Shown: positions 27,698 through 38,727, counted from the first letter of the stretch. The stretch is 64,000 nucleotides of DNA from an uncultured virus (IMG/VR IMGVR_UViG_3300003086_000045) (IMGVR_UViG_3300003086_000045:1-64000), one strand, 5' to 3'. The notes: generated by a model not told the origin, from the letters alone. Numbers and translations are program-made.

Positions 27698-29989
27698 TTA
27701 TATGCTACATGCTCCTGATTCGCATCCGTTAATAAGTGTTTCACTAATATTCTCTTTATCTTTTGTTCTTATATAGTATAGACTTTTTAACCCATACTTA
27801 TAAGCTGTAATAATATCTCTTTTTACTCTATTACTATCTAAAACTTTATTGGGTAATTTAGTTAAATCATACCATTGGTTTGTACTCATACCTTGGTCAA
27901 TAAACTTCTGTAAAATAGCCACTAATTTTATATACTCTGCTGAGTTATTACCCGGTAAGTCCCAGGCTTTCATATAGTAGGGCTCTTTCTCAAAATCTGG
28001 TACAAGACTTTTAACTGTAAAGTTAGACGCCTCAAATGTATCTGTTGTACTTTGAATCGGGTCAATACCTTGGGTACTATTGGATACTAATGAACTGCTG
28101 GCAGTTGGAGGAATAGCGCTCAAAGTAGTATTACGAATACCAAATTTTGCTGCTCTATCACTCAAAGTACCCCAGTCACACAATAAATCATTTGGTGTAA
28201 TTAAGTCTACATTAGTATTATATGTATGAATTGGCATTATTCCTTTAGAATAGCCACTATTATCAGAGTATTCACAAGCACCCTTTTCCTCTGCCAAATC
28301 TACACTTGATTTAATTAACCCATACTGGAAACGTTCCGCCCACTCATGTGTTAATCTTTTAGCTTTATTAGTCCCTAAAACTGCTTCATTCTTAGCCAAG
28401 AAGTGAGCAAAGTCACTAATACCAATACCTAAGAATCTATATCCTTTTGTAGGGTATTCAGTTGCATCCATAGGGTAGTCTTGTACATCAATTAAGTTAT
28501 CTAAGAATCTTACCATAGTATCAGTAAGTATATCTAACTCATCAATTGAATCTAACTTACCAAAGTTTATACACCCTAATATACACAATGAAATCATACC
28601 ATCATCTAAATTATAGTCTTTGATTGCTTTACCCGGAGTTTTCTTTAGTCCGTCAAACTTTACATCTTTAGTAGGTAAGAATATCTCACTACATAAATTA
28701 GTTTGAGTAATTTGTTCTTTGAACATTCCTTGTTGGTTAACATTGTCAATAAAGTGTATATAGATACGACCAGTACCTACCCTTTCTTTCACTAACTTAT
28801 TAAAGATTTCAACTGCTGTCATAGACTTCTTACGTAGACAAGTTTGTTCTTCATAGTTTTCGTAAGCTTTCTTAAATGCTACAGGATCTCCATAGTGTTC
28901 AAATAAGTCAGGAACTTCCTCAGAACTGAATAAAGTCCAATTCCCCTTACTAAGAACTCGTTCTATGAAAAGATTTGGTAAACCAATTGAATAATCGATA
29001 AACCTAGCGCGATTAGTGTTACTACCTTGATTATTTTTGTACTCAAGTACATCCATTATCTCCCAGTTAAATATAGGATAGTTTACTACTGTGGCTCCAG
29101 TTCTTAAACTATTCTGCGTAAATTGTTTACTAGCAGATTCTATGGCCTTTAATAAGGGTAGGGCACCAGTATGTTTTACAGTGTTATTTTTTACAGGAGC
29201 CATAATACCACGTATAGGCCCCATATCTACGCCAATACCTGCTCTATTAGCAGTCATTAATGATAGGGCGTATTCAGATGCTAAAATAGACTCTGAAGTA
29301 TCCCCCATCTTTAATAAACAGCAAGAACTGAACATTTTTAATCGTGTACGAACTCCACTAATAATAGGAGTAGGTAAAGATATCTTGTCGTCTTTAAGAG
29401 CAGTATACATTCTTATGACTAATTCAATACAATTATCTTCTAAAGCAAAAATAGTCATTGCAATAAGCATAAATGTTTCTTGAATCATTTCTAATCTTCT
29501 ATCAGTTTTAGTATCTTTGATTAGATACTTACTATCTAACTGAACGATAGAAGAATAGGGTCTGGAGAAATCATTATTATAATCCATAACAGATTCTAAC
29601 ATATCAATTTCTTCCTCTGAATATAGTTCTAAAATAGTTGGGTCATATAGACCACTAGTGATATTTAATTTAATATATTCTAAAAAGCCTATAGGTTGAA
29701 AACTACCGTACACTTCTTTTCTCATCTCCGTCACTAATAGTCTACCTGCAAAGATAGAATAATCAGGAGTTTGTGGACTAATTTTTTCAGCTGCAGATTT
29801 AATTAAAGTTTGCTGGATGTCAGAGGTACTCATACCATCCGCAAATTTAATGTGAGCGCTAATAGCTGTATCACTTACTGAAACATCTAACTCTCTACCT
29901 AAGTCCTCTTTCTTACAGTTCTCTAGCATTGCGTGAATATTATCGATATTTAATGGATTCTTATCCCCGTTTCTCTTAGTTACTTCCAT
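27698..29989 (-). CDS. nrdA: Ribonucleotide reductase class Ia alpha subunit
   Basis: N-terminal ATP cone (VTKRNG), SSCCL, TNLCSEI, PTASSS, C-terminal CESGACSI. Confidence 0.95.
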   Translation of the reverse strand: MEVTKRNGDKNPLNIDNIHAMLENCKKEDLGRELDVSVSDTAISAHIKFADGMSTSDIQQTLIKSAAEKISPQTPDYSIFAGRLLVTEMRKEVYGSFQPIGFLEYIKLNITSGLYDPTILELYSEEEIDMLESVMDYNNDFSRPYSSIVQLDSKYLIKDTKTDRRLEMIQETFMLIAMTIFALEDNCIELVIRMYTALKDDKISLPTPIISGVRTRLKMFSSCCLLKMGDTSESILASEYALSLMTANRAGIGVDMGPIRGIMAPVKNNTVKHTGALPLLKAIESASKQFTQNSLRTGATVVNYPIFNWEIMDVLEYKNNQGSNTNRARFIDYSIGLPNLFIERVLSKGNWTLFSSEEVPDLFEHYGDPVAFKKAYENYEEQTCLRKKSMTAVEIFNKLVKERVGTGRIYIHFIDNVNQQGMFKEQITQTNLCSEIFLPTKDVKFDGLKKTPGKAIKDYNLDDGMISLCILGCINFGKLDSIDELDILTDTMVRFLDNLIDVQDYPMDATEYPTKGYRFLGIGISDFAHFLAKNEAVLGTNKAKRLTHEWAERFQYGLIKSSVDLAEEKGACEYSDNSGYSKGIMPIHTYNTNVDLITPNDLLCDWGTLSDRAAKFGIRNTTLSAIPPTASSSLVSNSTQGIDPIQSTTDTFEASNFTVKSLVPDFEKEPYYMKAWDLPGNNSAEYIKLVAILQKFIDQGMSTNQWYDLTKLPNKVLDSNRVKRDIITAYKYGLKSLYYIRTKDKENISETLINGCESGACSI

Positions 29990-30030
29990 ATGTATCCTTA
30001 TATGTAATATTTATTGTATAAACTTCTTGG

Positions 30031-30864
30031 TCAATCGGCGCATACCGAATATACTTGCTCTCTAATCTCTGTGCAGTTGTCTACACCAATAGCATCAGAA
30101 GAATAAGTCTCTAAATCCATAAGTTCATAGTTCTTATAAATATTAGCCGCACCAAATTCATTCAATGCTTGAATATATTTATACTTACCACTAATAGGTA
30201 AGCTTGCTGCTATATCAAAAGCAGAACCATACTGTTCAATCAGTCCTACTGCTCTTTTTGGCCCTATACCAGGGACTCCAGGTACATTATCACCAGAGTC
30301 ACCACAAAGGCACTTGAAACTAATATACTCTCCCCTATCAACTTCATAATGTTCACTCCAATTATCTTTTGTTACCTCTTTTCTAGTAATATAGCTAAAT
30401 CTACTTGTTTTGTCATCAATTAATAAATCCCAATCCCTATCAGTAGATATTAGCCAAATATTTTTATCCAGTATCTCAACTAAGTATGCAGCCAAGTCAT
30501 CGGCCTCTACTCCTTCGTACTGTAATACTATAAAGTGCTCTTTTAGTAATTCTAAGGTATCATTGTAATCTTCCATAAAGTTAGCAAACTCTGCTGCTTC
30601 CTTTTCTGTCTGTTTAGCATATTTCGCCTTTCTATTACCTTTATACTCGGGAAGAATTCCTAGTCTATATCTAGAGCCTCCTCTTCCATCAGCTGTAATT
30701 ATAACTTTATCAGCATTATAAGATGCTGCTAAAGATTGGACTGTACCTAAGTATGAGTCCTTAAAATGTCTCGTCTTAGCATGTTTATATCTAAAAGCTA
30801 AGTTTAAAGCATCGACAATCATTATGTTGTCTGTACTTTCTATCTCTTCTGAAAATGATTTCAC
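30031..30864 (-). CDS. 5'-3' flap exonuclease (T5 D15-like)
   Basis: IVDALNLAFR, YKGNR, EADD, STDRDWD, GDSGDNVPGVPGIGPK. Confidence 0.93.
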   Translation of the reverse strand: MKSFSEEIESTDNIMIVDALNLAFRYKHAKTRHFKDSYLGTVQSLAASYNADKVIITADGRGGSRYRLGILPEYKGNRKAKYAKQTEKEAAEFANFMEDYNDTLELLKEHFIVLQYEGVEADDLAAYLVEILDKNIWLISTDRDWDLLIDDKTSRFSYITRKEVTKDNWSEHYEVDRGEYISFKCLCGDSGDNVPGVPGIGPKRAVGLIEQYGSAFDIAASLPISGKYKYIQALNEFGAANIYKNYELMDLETYSSDAIGVDNCTEIREQVYSVCAD

Positions 30865-31304
30865 CTAAAATCCTCCGTTTTCTTTGTTTTTAACCAATTA
30901 TCGAATAAATATATAAACAAACATATTTCTTCTGTCGGTTGAAAAATTAACTCTGGGGTTATCATCTCTCCGTTTTCTGTCGCAATCAGCCATTTTCCTC
31001 TGTTCTTCTTGAATACAAGAATAGGTTCGGCTTTCATCTCTTCTGCCTCGCGCGTTGCTTGTGCCCAAAACTTTTCGAATTGTGAGGTTGAATCATTTAA
31101 TAAATTCGAATGAATTTGATCTTCGGCATATGATTTTACCTCAATACAATACCTGTTGCGTTCGTTGGAGAGGTATACGTCCCCTTTAATATGTCCTGCT
31201 CCAGATAATGGAACTCGCTCCCAATTATCTAAACCAGTATGTTTTCGTAGTCTATCGCGGACTTTATACTCCGCGGTACGCCCTTTGGCCCTACTATCAA
31301 TCAT
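30861..31304 (-). CDS. Holliday junction resolvase-like nuclease (T5 D14-like)
   Basis: SRAKG..AE, RVPLSGA..KGD, IEVK, W.QA.RE. Confidence 0.85.
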   Translation of the reverse strand: MIDSRAKGRTAEYKVRDRLRKHTGLDNWERVPLSGAGHIKGDVYLSNERNRYCIEVKSYAEDQIHSNLLNDSTSQFEKFWAQATREAEEMKAEPILVFKKNRGKWLIATENGEMITPELIFQPTEEICLFIYLFDNWLKTKKTEDFR

Positions 31305-31305
31305 A

Positions 31306-31758
31306 TTACTCTTTCATATTATGACCACATTCGGGGCATACTCCGTCATCTGGCATTTCACCTGACCAGCTACACTCAGAACAATCTACCTCAGCATCTT
31401 CAAGTATAGCCAGCTGTTCAGCTTCTATTTCTTCGTGACTTTTAAAAGTTCCATCAAGAATTGCTCCCATTACTTTCTTCACTTCTTCTAAAGGAGCTGC
31501 TCCCACACCAACGAACACACGCTCTGTATCTTTGAATACCATAACACTTGGGTAAGCATTGGTTTCTAAAAAGGGTTTTTCAATGTTCTTTGTGTCAAAA
31601 GACGCCCAACTCATACTTGGAGTACTCTCTACTATTGTTTCTAATTCTGGTACAAAGTGTTCACATACTGCACATGTCTTTGAATGCACAACTACTACTG
31701 CGAATTTATTACTTTCTACCCAATTTTTTACTTCTTCTACCGTTTCTAATATTTTCAT
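31306..31758 (-). CDS. Thioredoxin-like protein with a C-terminal zinc ribbon
   Basis: CAVC, AYP motif, C-terminal CSEC...CPECG. Confidence 0.75.
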   Translation of the reverse strand: MKILETVEEVKNWVESNKFAVVVVHSKTCAVCEHFVPELETIVESTPSMSWASFDTKNIEKPFLETNAYPSVMVFKDTERVFVGVGAAPLEEVKKVMGAILDGTFKSHEEIEAEQLAILEDAEVDCSECSWSGEMPDDGVCPECGHNMKE

Positions 31759-33560
31759 TATCCTTCCTCTAATCTTGAAATTTTCTTTTCTTTAATAACT
31801 AATACCTTATTTAATAATGGGTGACTCCATTGATGAGACACCAAAAATGTATTAAGATCCATTTCTTCTAATAGTATTTCTACTAACTTCTCTTTTCCAA
31901 AGTCATCTAGTACATTGATAACTTCATCCAAGAACAATACGTTTATTCTAGTTTTTGATAGTGTTGCCATAAGAGACCTAATTGCTAATAACATAGCAGT
32001 ATTTACTCTTGCGAATTCCCCAGAAGATAACGCTAATATATTGATTGGTACGCCATCATCAATAATAATCACATTTAATTTATCATTAGCAATATCGAAA
32101 GATAATTCAAATCTACCGTCTGATAACTCTCCAAGATAAGTATTAGTTAAAGACTCTAAATCCTTGACTAAGTTCTCAATCTTATAAGCAACAAGACCAT
32201 TTGTACTAAATGCTTTCTTTAATACCTCAAGAATAGCATAATCGTCTTGTATATTTTTCAACTTTCTTTGTTTTTTCTCTAAATCTTCTATAAACTCACT
32301 AAGTTGAGAGGCTACGTAGTCTACTTCTGTATTATGCTTTGTTGCTTTAATATTATAAGCTTCAATAGCCTTTGCTGACTTTAATTGACCTCGTATAGCT
32401 TCTTCTAAGTGTTTTATTTCATCTTTTAGCTCTCCCTTGTCATTAACTTCTTCGGGTATAGAAATATCTATTAGATTATTATATTTCTCAAATTTTGTAA
32501 TAACAGTTTTATGTTCTTGGTATATAGTATTAACGTGTTTCTGTACTGCTATGTCTTGCTCCAATAAAGAAATACTTTGCTCTGCTTTTTTAATTACCCC
32601 CAATTTTTCATCAATTATTGAAGTTTTAACTTCTTCATTAATGTTTTGCAGACAAGTAGGACAAGAATGTCCTAATTTCTGCAACTTGGCTTCAACTGCT
32701 TTTGCTGCTTGAATTCTACCTGTTAATGAACCAACTTCAGAAACTTTCTCATCATAGTTACTTGGCTCATCTGGACTTTTAGTTAATTCATTAAAATCAA
32801 TATTATCTCTTATTGCTTTATATTGGTTATTTTGTACTACTTTTCTATTTAAAGAGTCTATGTCTTTTAAAGTATTTTTATTGACTGCTAGAGACTCTTG
32901 TATATCTTGGTCTACTAAAATAAGTTCTTTCAAATCTATTTTAGTAGTATCAAACTCTCTGTGCTTATCTGTCCAAGAAGATATAGTAGATATACTACCT
33001 TTTAAGTCACTAACTTCTTCTGCTACTGCTTTGTGAGCATCTTTAAATATATTAAACATTTCTATATACTTTTCTAGATTAAGTAGTTCAATTAAGAACT
33101 TCTTTCTAGTAGTATCGGTAGCCGTCAAGAATTGAAGGCTTGATGTGGTACTTTGATAGATTAACTGACTAAACGTTTTAAAATCTAATCCTAATATAGA
33201 CTCAATCTGCTTATATGTATTAGTTGCTGTGTGAGAAGATATATCTTCCTCTCCATGAGTTAACTTTACTTTTAACCCTTTTGCTCTTGAAGATTCAATA
33301 CGATATTCTTCTCCATTTACTTCGAAGTTTAAAGAAATAGAATATGTATCTGTATCTAAGTTTCTATTAACAATGTCAGCTTTTTTAATGCCTTTTGAAT
33401 TTTTATTGAATAAAACTTCTTCAAGTATAATTGGAATACTGCTTTTACCAGTTCCATTTGTTCCAACTAATTGTGTCAAATTAGTTTCACTTAAATCAAT
33501 ACTGTTACCTTCTCCGTAGCTAAAGCAGTTATTCCATTTCAGTTGCTGCAATATAATCAT
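31758..33560 (-). CDS. SbcC/Rad50-like recombination ATPase (T5 D13-like)
   Basis: GTNGTGKS, CPTC zinc hook, LSSGE, LFLDE. Confidence 0.93.
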   Translation of the reverse strand: MIILQQLKWNNCFSYGEGNSIDLSETNLTQLVGTNGTGKSSIPIILEEVLFNKNSKGIKKADIVNRNLDTDTYSISLNFEVNGEEYRIESSRAKGLKVKLTHGEEDISSHTATNTYKQIESILGLDFKTFSQLIYQSTTSSLQFLTATDTTRKKFLIELLNLEKYIEMFNIFKDAHKAVAEEVSDLKGSISTISSWTDKHREFDTTKIDLKELILVDQDIQESLAVNKNTLKDIDSLNRKVVQNNQYKAIRDNIDFNELTKSPDEPSNYDEKVSEVGSLTGRIQAAKAVEAKLQKLGHSCPTCLQNINEEVKTSIIDEKLGVIKKAEQSISLLEQDIAVQKHVNTIYQEHKTVITKFEKYNNLIDISIPEEVNDKGELKDEIKHLEEAIRGQLKSAKAIEAYNIKATKHNTEVDYVASQLSEFIEDLEKKQRKLKNIQDDYAILEVLKKAFSTNGLVAYKIENLVKDLESLTNTYLGELSDGRFELSFDIANDKLNVIIIDDGVPINILALSSGEFARVNTAMLLAIRSLMATLSKTRINVLFLDEVINVLDDFGKEKLVEILLEEMDLNTFLVSHQWSHPLLNKVLVIKEKKISRLEEG

Positions 33561-34482
33561 GAAACACTCCTAAAATATTCTTTACTTTCTTGTTATTTAA
33601 CTCTAACACCTTAGTTAGATACTCTGATAATTCTTCTTCAACCGATACACAATGCATTAAGTCTAATGCTGATTCTGTATTTCTTTTAACTACTTTTTTA
33701 TCTAATAGCTCTGAATCACCATCAACTTTAGATAGTTCAGTTACATCACCTTCTAATTCATATATTGTATGATGAAACCCAGTTTTAATCATTTGGTCTG
33801 GGTGTGATACTGTTTGTCTAAGTAATTGAGGCATCCTAATAGATAGCCAACTCCATTCTAGTGTTTTATTATCAAATAATATTATCCCAGTATCAACTGG
33901 GTTTCTATGAAAAGAAGTAGTAACTGGGCTACCTGGATATACAATGTTTAGTTGAGAATTTTCATGGGAGTGTAAATCACCTGCTAAAACGATTTTCCAT
34001 CTGTCAAACTTACTCAAGTCGATCTCGGGATGAACGTGTGGCGGTATTTGTCCTCTTACATGGGTCATTAGTACATTGCCCGTAAAATCTTCAGGTTTAA
34101 ACGTCTTTAGCTTATTGTAAGGAATAATATCTATATTCTCTAACTTATAGTAGTCATCAATAATCTCTACTAAAGGGTTAAGGTGTGAAGTTACCTCTTT
34201 TAAATTTGTTAAGAAGGTAGTAGTTTTCTTTAATGCTTCATGATTTCCAGGGTATATAAGTGTTCTTATATTTACACCTTTTACAAAATCAAAATATAAC
34301 TCTAACTCTTCTAAATTAGGTACTCTATCGAATAAGTCTCCTCCGATAACATGAATATCTACTTGTTTTTCTAACTTATATAGTTCTTTAAATAATATAT
34401 TATATCTATTTAAAGCCCAATCTTTAGGTACGTTTTTCTGTCCTAGCTTTAAGTGCCAGTCTGCTGTAAACATTATCTTCAA
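33529..34482 (-). CDS. SbcD/Mre11-like nuclease (T5 D12-like)
   Basis: ADWH, GGDLFD, GNHE, GDLH, YPGSP; probable TTG start at 34482. Confidence 0.92.
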   Translation of the reverse strand: MKIMFTADWHLKLGQKNVPKDWALNRYNILFKELYKLEKQVDIHVIGGDLFDRVPNLEELELYFDFVKGVNIRTLIYPGNHEALKKTTTFLTNLKEVTSHLNPLVEIIDDYYKLENIDIIPYNKLKTFKPEDFTGNVLMTHVRGQIPPHVHPEIDLSKFDRWKIVLAGDLHSHENSQLNIVYPGSPVTTSFHRNPVDTGIILFDNKTLEWSWLSIRMPQLLRQTVSHPDQMIKTGFHHTIYELEGDVTELSKVDGDSELLDKKVVKRNTESALDLMHCVSVEEELSEYLTKVLELNNKKVKNILGVFHDYIAATEME

Positions 34483-34551
34483 GATTCTTTCTCCTGATAA
34501 AAAAGGCCCATTGAACTGACTGCTCAATAGGCCTTAGTAGGTTATCCTAGA

Positions 34552-35205
34552 CTAGATTAACTCTGCTTCTACTTCGGCTGGAGCCTTTTCTGTGGCTGCC
34601 ATACCTAAGATTCTAGTTTCAATAAAAGATCTCTGGTCATCCGATGATGGACGTTTCAGAATATTATCAATTGAATCAGCATCCTCAACAGTCTGCTTTT
34701 CGTCGTCTGTTAACGCTCTATTTTCTAATGCGCGTACTCTTAGTTTGTACTCTACATTATATGGTAAAGGGCCAGTCTTTTCTTTAGTAAACTTGATATC
34801 CCAACCACCTTCGCTGTCAGTAGGATCACCTAATCCTTCTTTTGCTTCGAATTTAATTGAATCAAATAGTTTACGTTTAAGATTAACTACTTTAGCTTGG
34901 CCATCTTTTAAATCAATGCCCCACATTACGTATGCCCATGATGGCTTCATACGTTCGCCTTTGTCGTCTTTAAGTAGCTTCTCTACCCAGTCTACCTCTT
35001 TGTTGTCGAATGTCTCTGTATCTCTATTATATGCGAGACACTCCATTGGAATGCGCTTACCATCGGAAGGATTACTAACCCAGTATACATAACGAGCTAA
35101 GATTCCACCGAATAATCTTACTTCGTTTTCTCCCTCATTGTATGCGTAAGTTGTAAATGAATTCTTCTTAGCTGCGCCTTGTGTTTCTCCAAAATTTAAT
35201 GCCAT
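34552..35205 (-). CDS. ssDNA-binding protein (T5 D11-like)
   Basis: RYVYW, ECL, GDPTD..GWD..F.K.KTGPL.YNVEY; syntenic position. Confidence 0.8.
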   Translation of the reverse strand: MALNFGETQGAAKKNSFTTYAYNEGENEVRLFGGILARYVYWVSNPSDGKRIPMECLAYNRDTETFDNKEVDWVEKLLKDDKGERMKPSWAYVMWGIDLKDGQAKVVNLKRKLFDSIKFEAKEGLGDPTDSEGGWDIKFTKEKTGPLPYNVEYKLRVRALENRALTDDEKQTVEDADSIDNILKRPSSDDQRSFIETRILGMAATEKAPAEVEAELI

Positions 35206-35570
35206 GTTATTTCCTCGTATGTGAATGTTATTAAGTTGTTATTTATTGTTATTAAGCGATTACTCTTTAATTCTTCTTTAGAATATGGAGCAAACTCTAG
35301 CGGTAACGTTATAGTAGTGAAAAATGAAAAGTCTAAGTAATTCCTAAGACTGGCTAACTCTAAGTATTGAACAATCTGATCTAGGGGTACTCTCCGTCTA
35401 TTTAGTATTAAAGGTTCTGGGTTAATTAAAAAACTATCCCCAGATAGTTCGTAGTATAACGGTGAGATCTTATACAGATGCCGGTTTGTAAGTATGTCCA
35501 ACATTTTAAGCATAGTCTTTTTAGAACCATTACTTAAGGTAACCATACTCTCCCAGCTGAATCTAATCAT
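35196..35570 (-). CDS. Conserved T5-like hypothetical protein
   Basis: GDSFLINPE..YL.LASLRNY..N.LI; lies between D10 and D11. Confidence 0.6.
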   Translation of the reverse strand: MIRFSWESMVTLSNGSKKTMLKMLDILTNRHLYKISPLYYELSGDSFLINPEPLILNRRRVPLDQIVQYLELASLRNYLDFSFFTTITLPLEFAPYSKEELKSNRLITINNNLITFTYEEITWH

Positions 35571-35594
35571 TTAAATTTCCATTTTTCAAGATAT

Positions 35595-35623
35595 ATTATA
35601 CCAATTTTTAAGCAATTTGTCAA
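35595..35623 (-). promoter_or_regulatory. Sigma70 promoter
   Basis: TTGACA-N17-TATAAT. Confidence 0.85.
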
Positions 35624-36909
35624 GAAATATTTTTCAGTCGGTATCCCTGACTTATGTAAGTCCCTAACCTAGATTCAGCTTGCCTAGCGGCAGTTTTACC
35701 TTTTAGCTGTATGTCTACTATTATTGGGTCCAGTTTATTATCACATACTCTAATCACTCGCCCCATTAACTGTATTAATAAGGGTTCGTTATTAATTGGC
35801 GTTCCTAGTATAAGGCAGGATAACTCATTAAGAGAAATTCCTTCACTAAATATACTCTGAGTACCAAACAGTATCTCTTTCTCTCCACTTTTTATTTTGC
35901 TCATTTCTTCTTCTCTTTCTTCTTGACCTAGGTCTCCAGTAATACTAGTAGCGTTATCACCGCATAACTCACTGCAGGATTTAAGAAACGATACTCTATC
36001 ACTAACTACTAAAACCCTATGTCCTTTGGCTGCGTATACGGAAGCAAGTTGCGATACCATATGCTGATACTCAGTATCAAAGGCAATTTGATTAACTCTA
36101 AGTGCCCAAGGTATAGAAGCCGAATCTGGAAATCTAACATCACTATGTACCCTAACAATACTTGGTACCATAAAGTTTTCTTTCTTCGGCTGAAAAACTA
36201 TATTTCCAAAATAATCTTTAAAAATAATATGCTTTCCATCTTTACGTTTTAATGTGCCTGATAACCCTATTTTATATCTAGCTTTCATCTTATCGATAAT
36301 TTTACTAAATGTAGGGGAACTGATGTGATGACACTCATCAATCATTATAGTACCAAAAATTTCTTCAATTTCTGATACTTTCTTGTTTAAGGTTTGAACA
36401 TTACCAACTACTATAGGAGTACTAGTACCAAACTTGCCACTTCCTATAATATCAGGTTCAAACCCTAAAGTTTTCTTAATTTCTTTAGCCCATTGATTTC
36501 TTAGTGCCACAGTATGAGTAACTACTAAAGTCTTTTGTTTAAGGTTGGCTGCGATTGCTATTGCTGTAAAAGTTTTACCCCAACTAGTAAATGCGTTTAT
36601 CATACAATTATCATCTACTTGTCTAAATATCTCTTTCTGCGACTCTCTGAGTTCTAATCTAAACTCTGGAAATTTTACAGCATTTTTTAATCTCTTGTCA
36701 ATTATTTCATAGTCCTCGGGTATTAAGTCTAATCTACCAATTGGGATACTTGCTAAACTTGAGTTAACTCTAGCCATTGTCTTTATTACTTCTGGTGGAA
36801 TATCAAATCTATAAGCTGGTATAGTATAGGTTAATTTCTGATCTAACTCTGCTTGAAACTCCGTGTCGGCTGTAAGGTAAATTCTATTTGTTAGTATAGC
36901 TTTTTTCAT
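35620..36909 (-). CDS. Superfamily 2 helicase (T5 D10/UvsW-like)
   Basis: WGKT, DECHH, SGT, Q.MGRV.R. Confidence 0.9.
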   Translation of the reverse strand: MKKAILTNRIYLTADTEFQAELDQKLTYTIPAYRFDIPPEVIKTMARVNSSLASIPIGRLDLIPEDYEIIDKRLKNAVKFPEFRLELRESQKEIFRQVDDNCMINAFTSWGKTFTAIAIAANLKQKTLVVTHTVALRNQWAKEIKKTLGFEPDIIGSGKFGTSTPIVVGNVQTLNKKVSEIEEIFGTIMIDECHHISSPTFSKIIDKMKARYKIGLSGTLKRKDGKHIIFKDYFGNIVFQPKKENFMVPSIVRVHSDVRFPDSASIPWALRVNQIAFDTEYQHMVSQLASVYAAKGHRVLVVSDRVSFLKSCSELCGDNATSITGDLGQEEREEEMSKIKSGEKEILFGTQSIFSEGISLNELSCLILGTPINNEPLLIQLMGRVIRVCDNKLDPIIVDIQLKGKTAARQAESRLGTYISQGYRLKNIS

Positions 36910-36926
36910 AGATTTTTATCCTCTAA

Positions 36927-37898
36927 TTAATTCATATTAATGTCTTGTTCAAATTCTTTTAAACGTATAACAACTGATTTAAGTTCAGTTACTGTCATCC
37001 AATTTTCAGTAAAGAAGCTCATACTTTCATGTATCTTATCAAATGCATTACCAATTTGAATAAGTGTTCCTAGTGTAATTGCACCTGCAAAGAATTGAGG
37101 ACTTGCTATTAAGTATGGAATTACCACTCCTGATTGAAAGTATAAGTTCTCCCATAATGAATAATACTTATAATTATCGTATAGCTTATAGTAGTTTATC
37201 TTTAATGTATCAAACATAGTGAATAATGATTTATTAGTATAAACATCTTTCTCATCCTCACAATGTACTAATGCCTTTCTGAAGTGTGCTTCTACTACTT
37301 GATTAGCATATTCAAGTCTAGGTAACTTACGACCTACTATTGCTGAAACTGCTAGTCCTCCGATACTAATACCTAATGCTATCCAAATCAAATAGCCAGG
37401 AATACCAAATCCTTCACTTAGAGTCCATAAGACAGGAAGGAAGAATACTAGAATCATAATGGCTTTAATGAACCCTTCTCCAAGTACCCACACGAACCAT
37501 GCAAATTTTCTTGTATCTTCTTGTATACGTTGACTAGCACCTTCTGTATGACTATCCATTGCTTTCCATTTAGGAATGTATAGCTTAGTCATAGCTTCAC
37601 GCCATCTGAAACTAAATCTATTCCCAATAAATTGCGTATATGCGAATAAGAAGATTGCTAGTAGGGCTAATGGAACGAACCCCCACGTGGTCACATCATA
37701 AGCTAACAGATCACCTCTGTTTATGAAGCTCTCTAAGAAAGCTTCTTGATTCTTATTCTCAAGAGAGTCATAAAAAACCTTATACCAATCATTAAACTGT
37801 CTTGTTAAATAGGCTTGAAAGCCCACTAGAAAGGCGAGGAAAGAAAGTGTCGCCCATGCGTAGACTTTATCAGCCCCTTTAAAAAAAGATTTAAACAT
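36927..37898 (-). CDS. SbmA/BacA family peptide transporter
   Basis: Multi-TM protein with N.W...FYD, FRWREAMT..Y...W...EGASQRIQEDT, LEY.NQ.VEA.FRK.LV..ED, ITLG.L.Q. Confidence 0.88.
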   Translation of the reverse strand: MFKSFFKGADKVYAWATLSFLAFLVGFQAYLTRQFNDWYKVFYDSLENKNQEAFLESFINRGDLLAYDVTTWGFVPLALLAIFLFAYTQFIGNRFSFRWREAMTKLYIPKWKAMDSHTEGASQRIQEDTRKFAWFVWVLGEGFIKAIMILVFFLPVLWTLSEGFGIPGYLIWIALGISIGGLAVSAIVGRKLPRLEYANQVVEAHFRKALVHCEDEKDVYTNKSLFTMFDTLKINYYKLYDNYKYYSLWENLYFQSGVVIPYLIASPQFFAGAITLGTLIQIGNAFDKIHESMSFFTENWMTVTELKSVVIRLKEFEQDINMN

Positions 37899-38187
37899 TT
37901 ATATACTCCTCTGACCATCTATTATCTGGACATTTATATGATTCTTTATTTATAACTAAGTTTAAGTAAGCCATTGATCTAAAACATATAAATACCTTTG
38001 GTAACTCAGTCTTTATTCTATAAGGACATTGTATACATACCCTATACCTCTCTAGTGGATTAATCACTGTATAGTTCTATTAGTAATAATACTAAAAATA
38101 TAGGAATAGATACTATACCTAGCATTACTACTCCAACTGCTAATAGGAAAAGTAAAACTATAGCACTTGACTCTGAGAATACTTTTT

Positions 38188-38727
38188 CTAAATCAATCTT
38201 GTTGAATTTTTCTTTGGTTCTTTGCATAAGTCCCATAATAAATAACCTCCAGATTCTTTTAAAACTCCTATATACTTTAACTCTGGGTCAAGAGGGAAGT
38301 CTAACTTAAAGGGAGGTAACCCCTCTCCTTTAACTACAGACCCTGCTCCATCCACATATTTAACGTATTCTATAGGCTTATATATTAGAGGTACATAATG
38401 AGTCTTATTGTACTCAAATAATGTACCTCTACTATCTATCCATTTGTATGCTTTACCGTTTAACTGTATAACATCCCTAACACTATTGACAGCTTTGGTC
38501 AATCTATATAATACTTCATCGTCTATCCTTATTCTACGAATACCTAAGGTACTACCCTCTAATGAAGTATCGTCTATTATTTTATCCCCATACTTATCTC
38601 TAATAACTAGCTTAGTACCTTCATTACGAATATACTCAGCTGTTCTAATAGGGTATACGGGGAATAGTAATTTAGACCAATTCACTGTACTGTTTTTCAA
38701 ACTTACCGAATGAGTAATCATCTCCAA
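38188..38727 (-). CDS. Conserved T5-like protein downstream of the polymerase
   Basis: FPVY...IDD..L.G.TLG.RR...IDS.G..F.Y.K. Confidence 0.65.
   Translation of the reverse strand: MEMITHSVSLKNSTVNWSKLLFPVYPIRTAEYIRNEGTKLVIRDKYGDKIIDDTSLEGSTLGIRRIRIDDEVLYRLTKAVNSVRDVIQLNGKAYKWIDSRGTLFEYNKTHYVPLIYKPIEYVKYVDGAGSVVKGEGLPPFKLDFPLDPELKYIGVLKESGGYLLWDLCKEPKKNSTRLI

Noticed and set aside
29091..29483. Opposite-strand or alternate-frame ORFs (e.g. 2758, 29091, 34592, 46372, 53065, 61639)
   Set aside because: They are shadows of well-supported genes, with no RBS or recognisable motifs.
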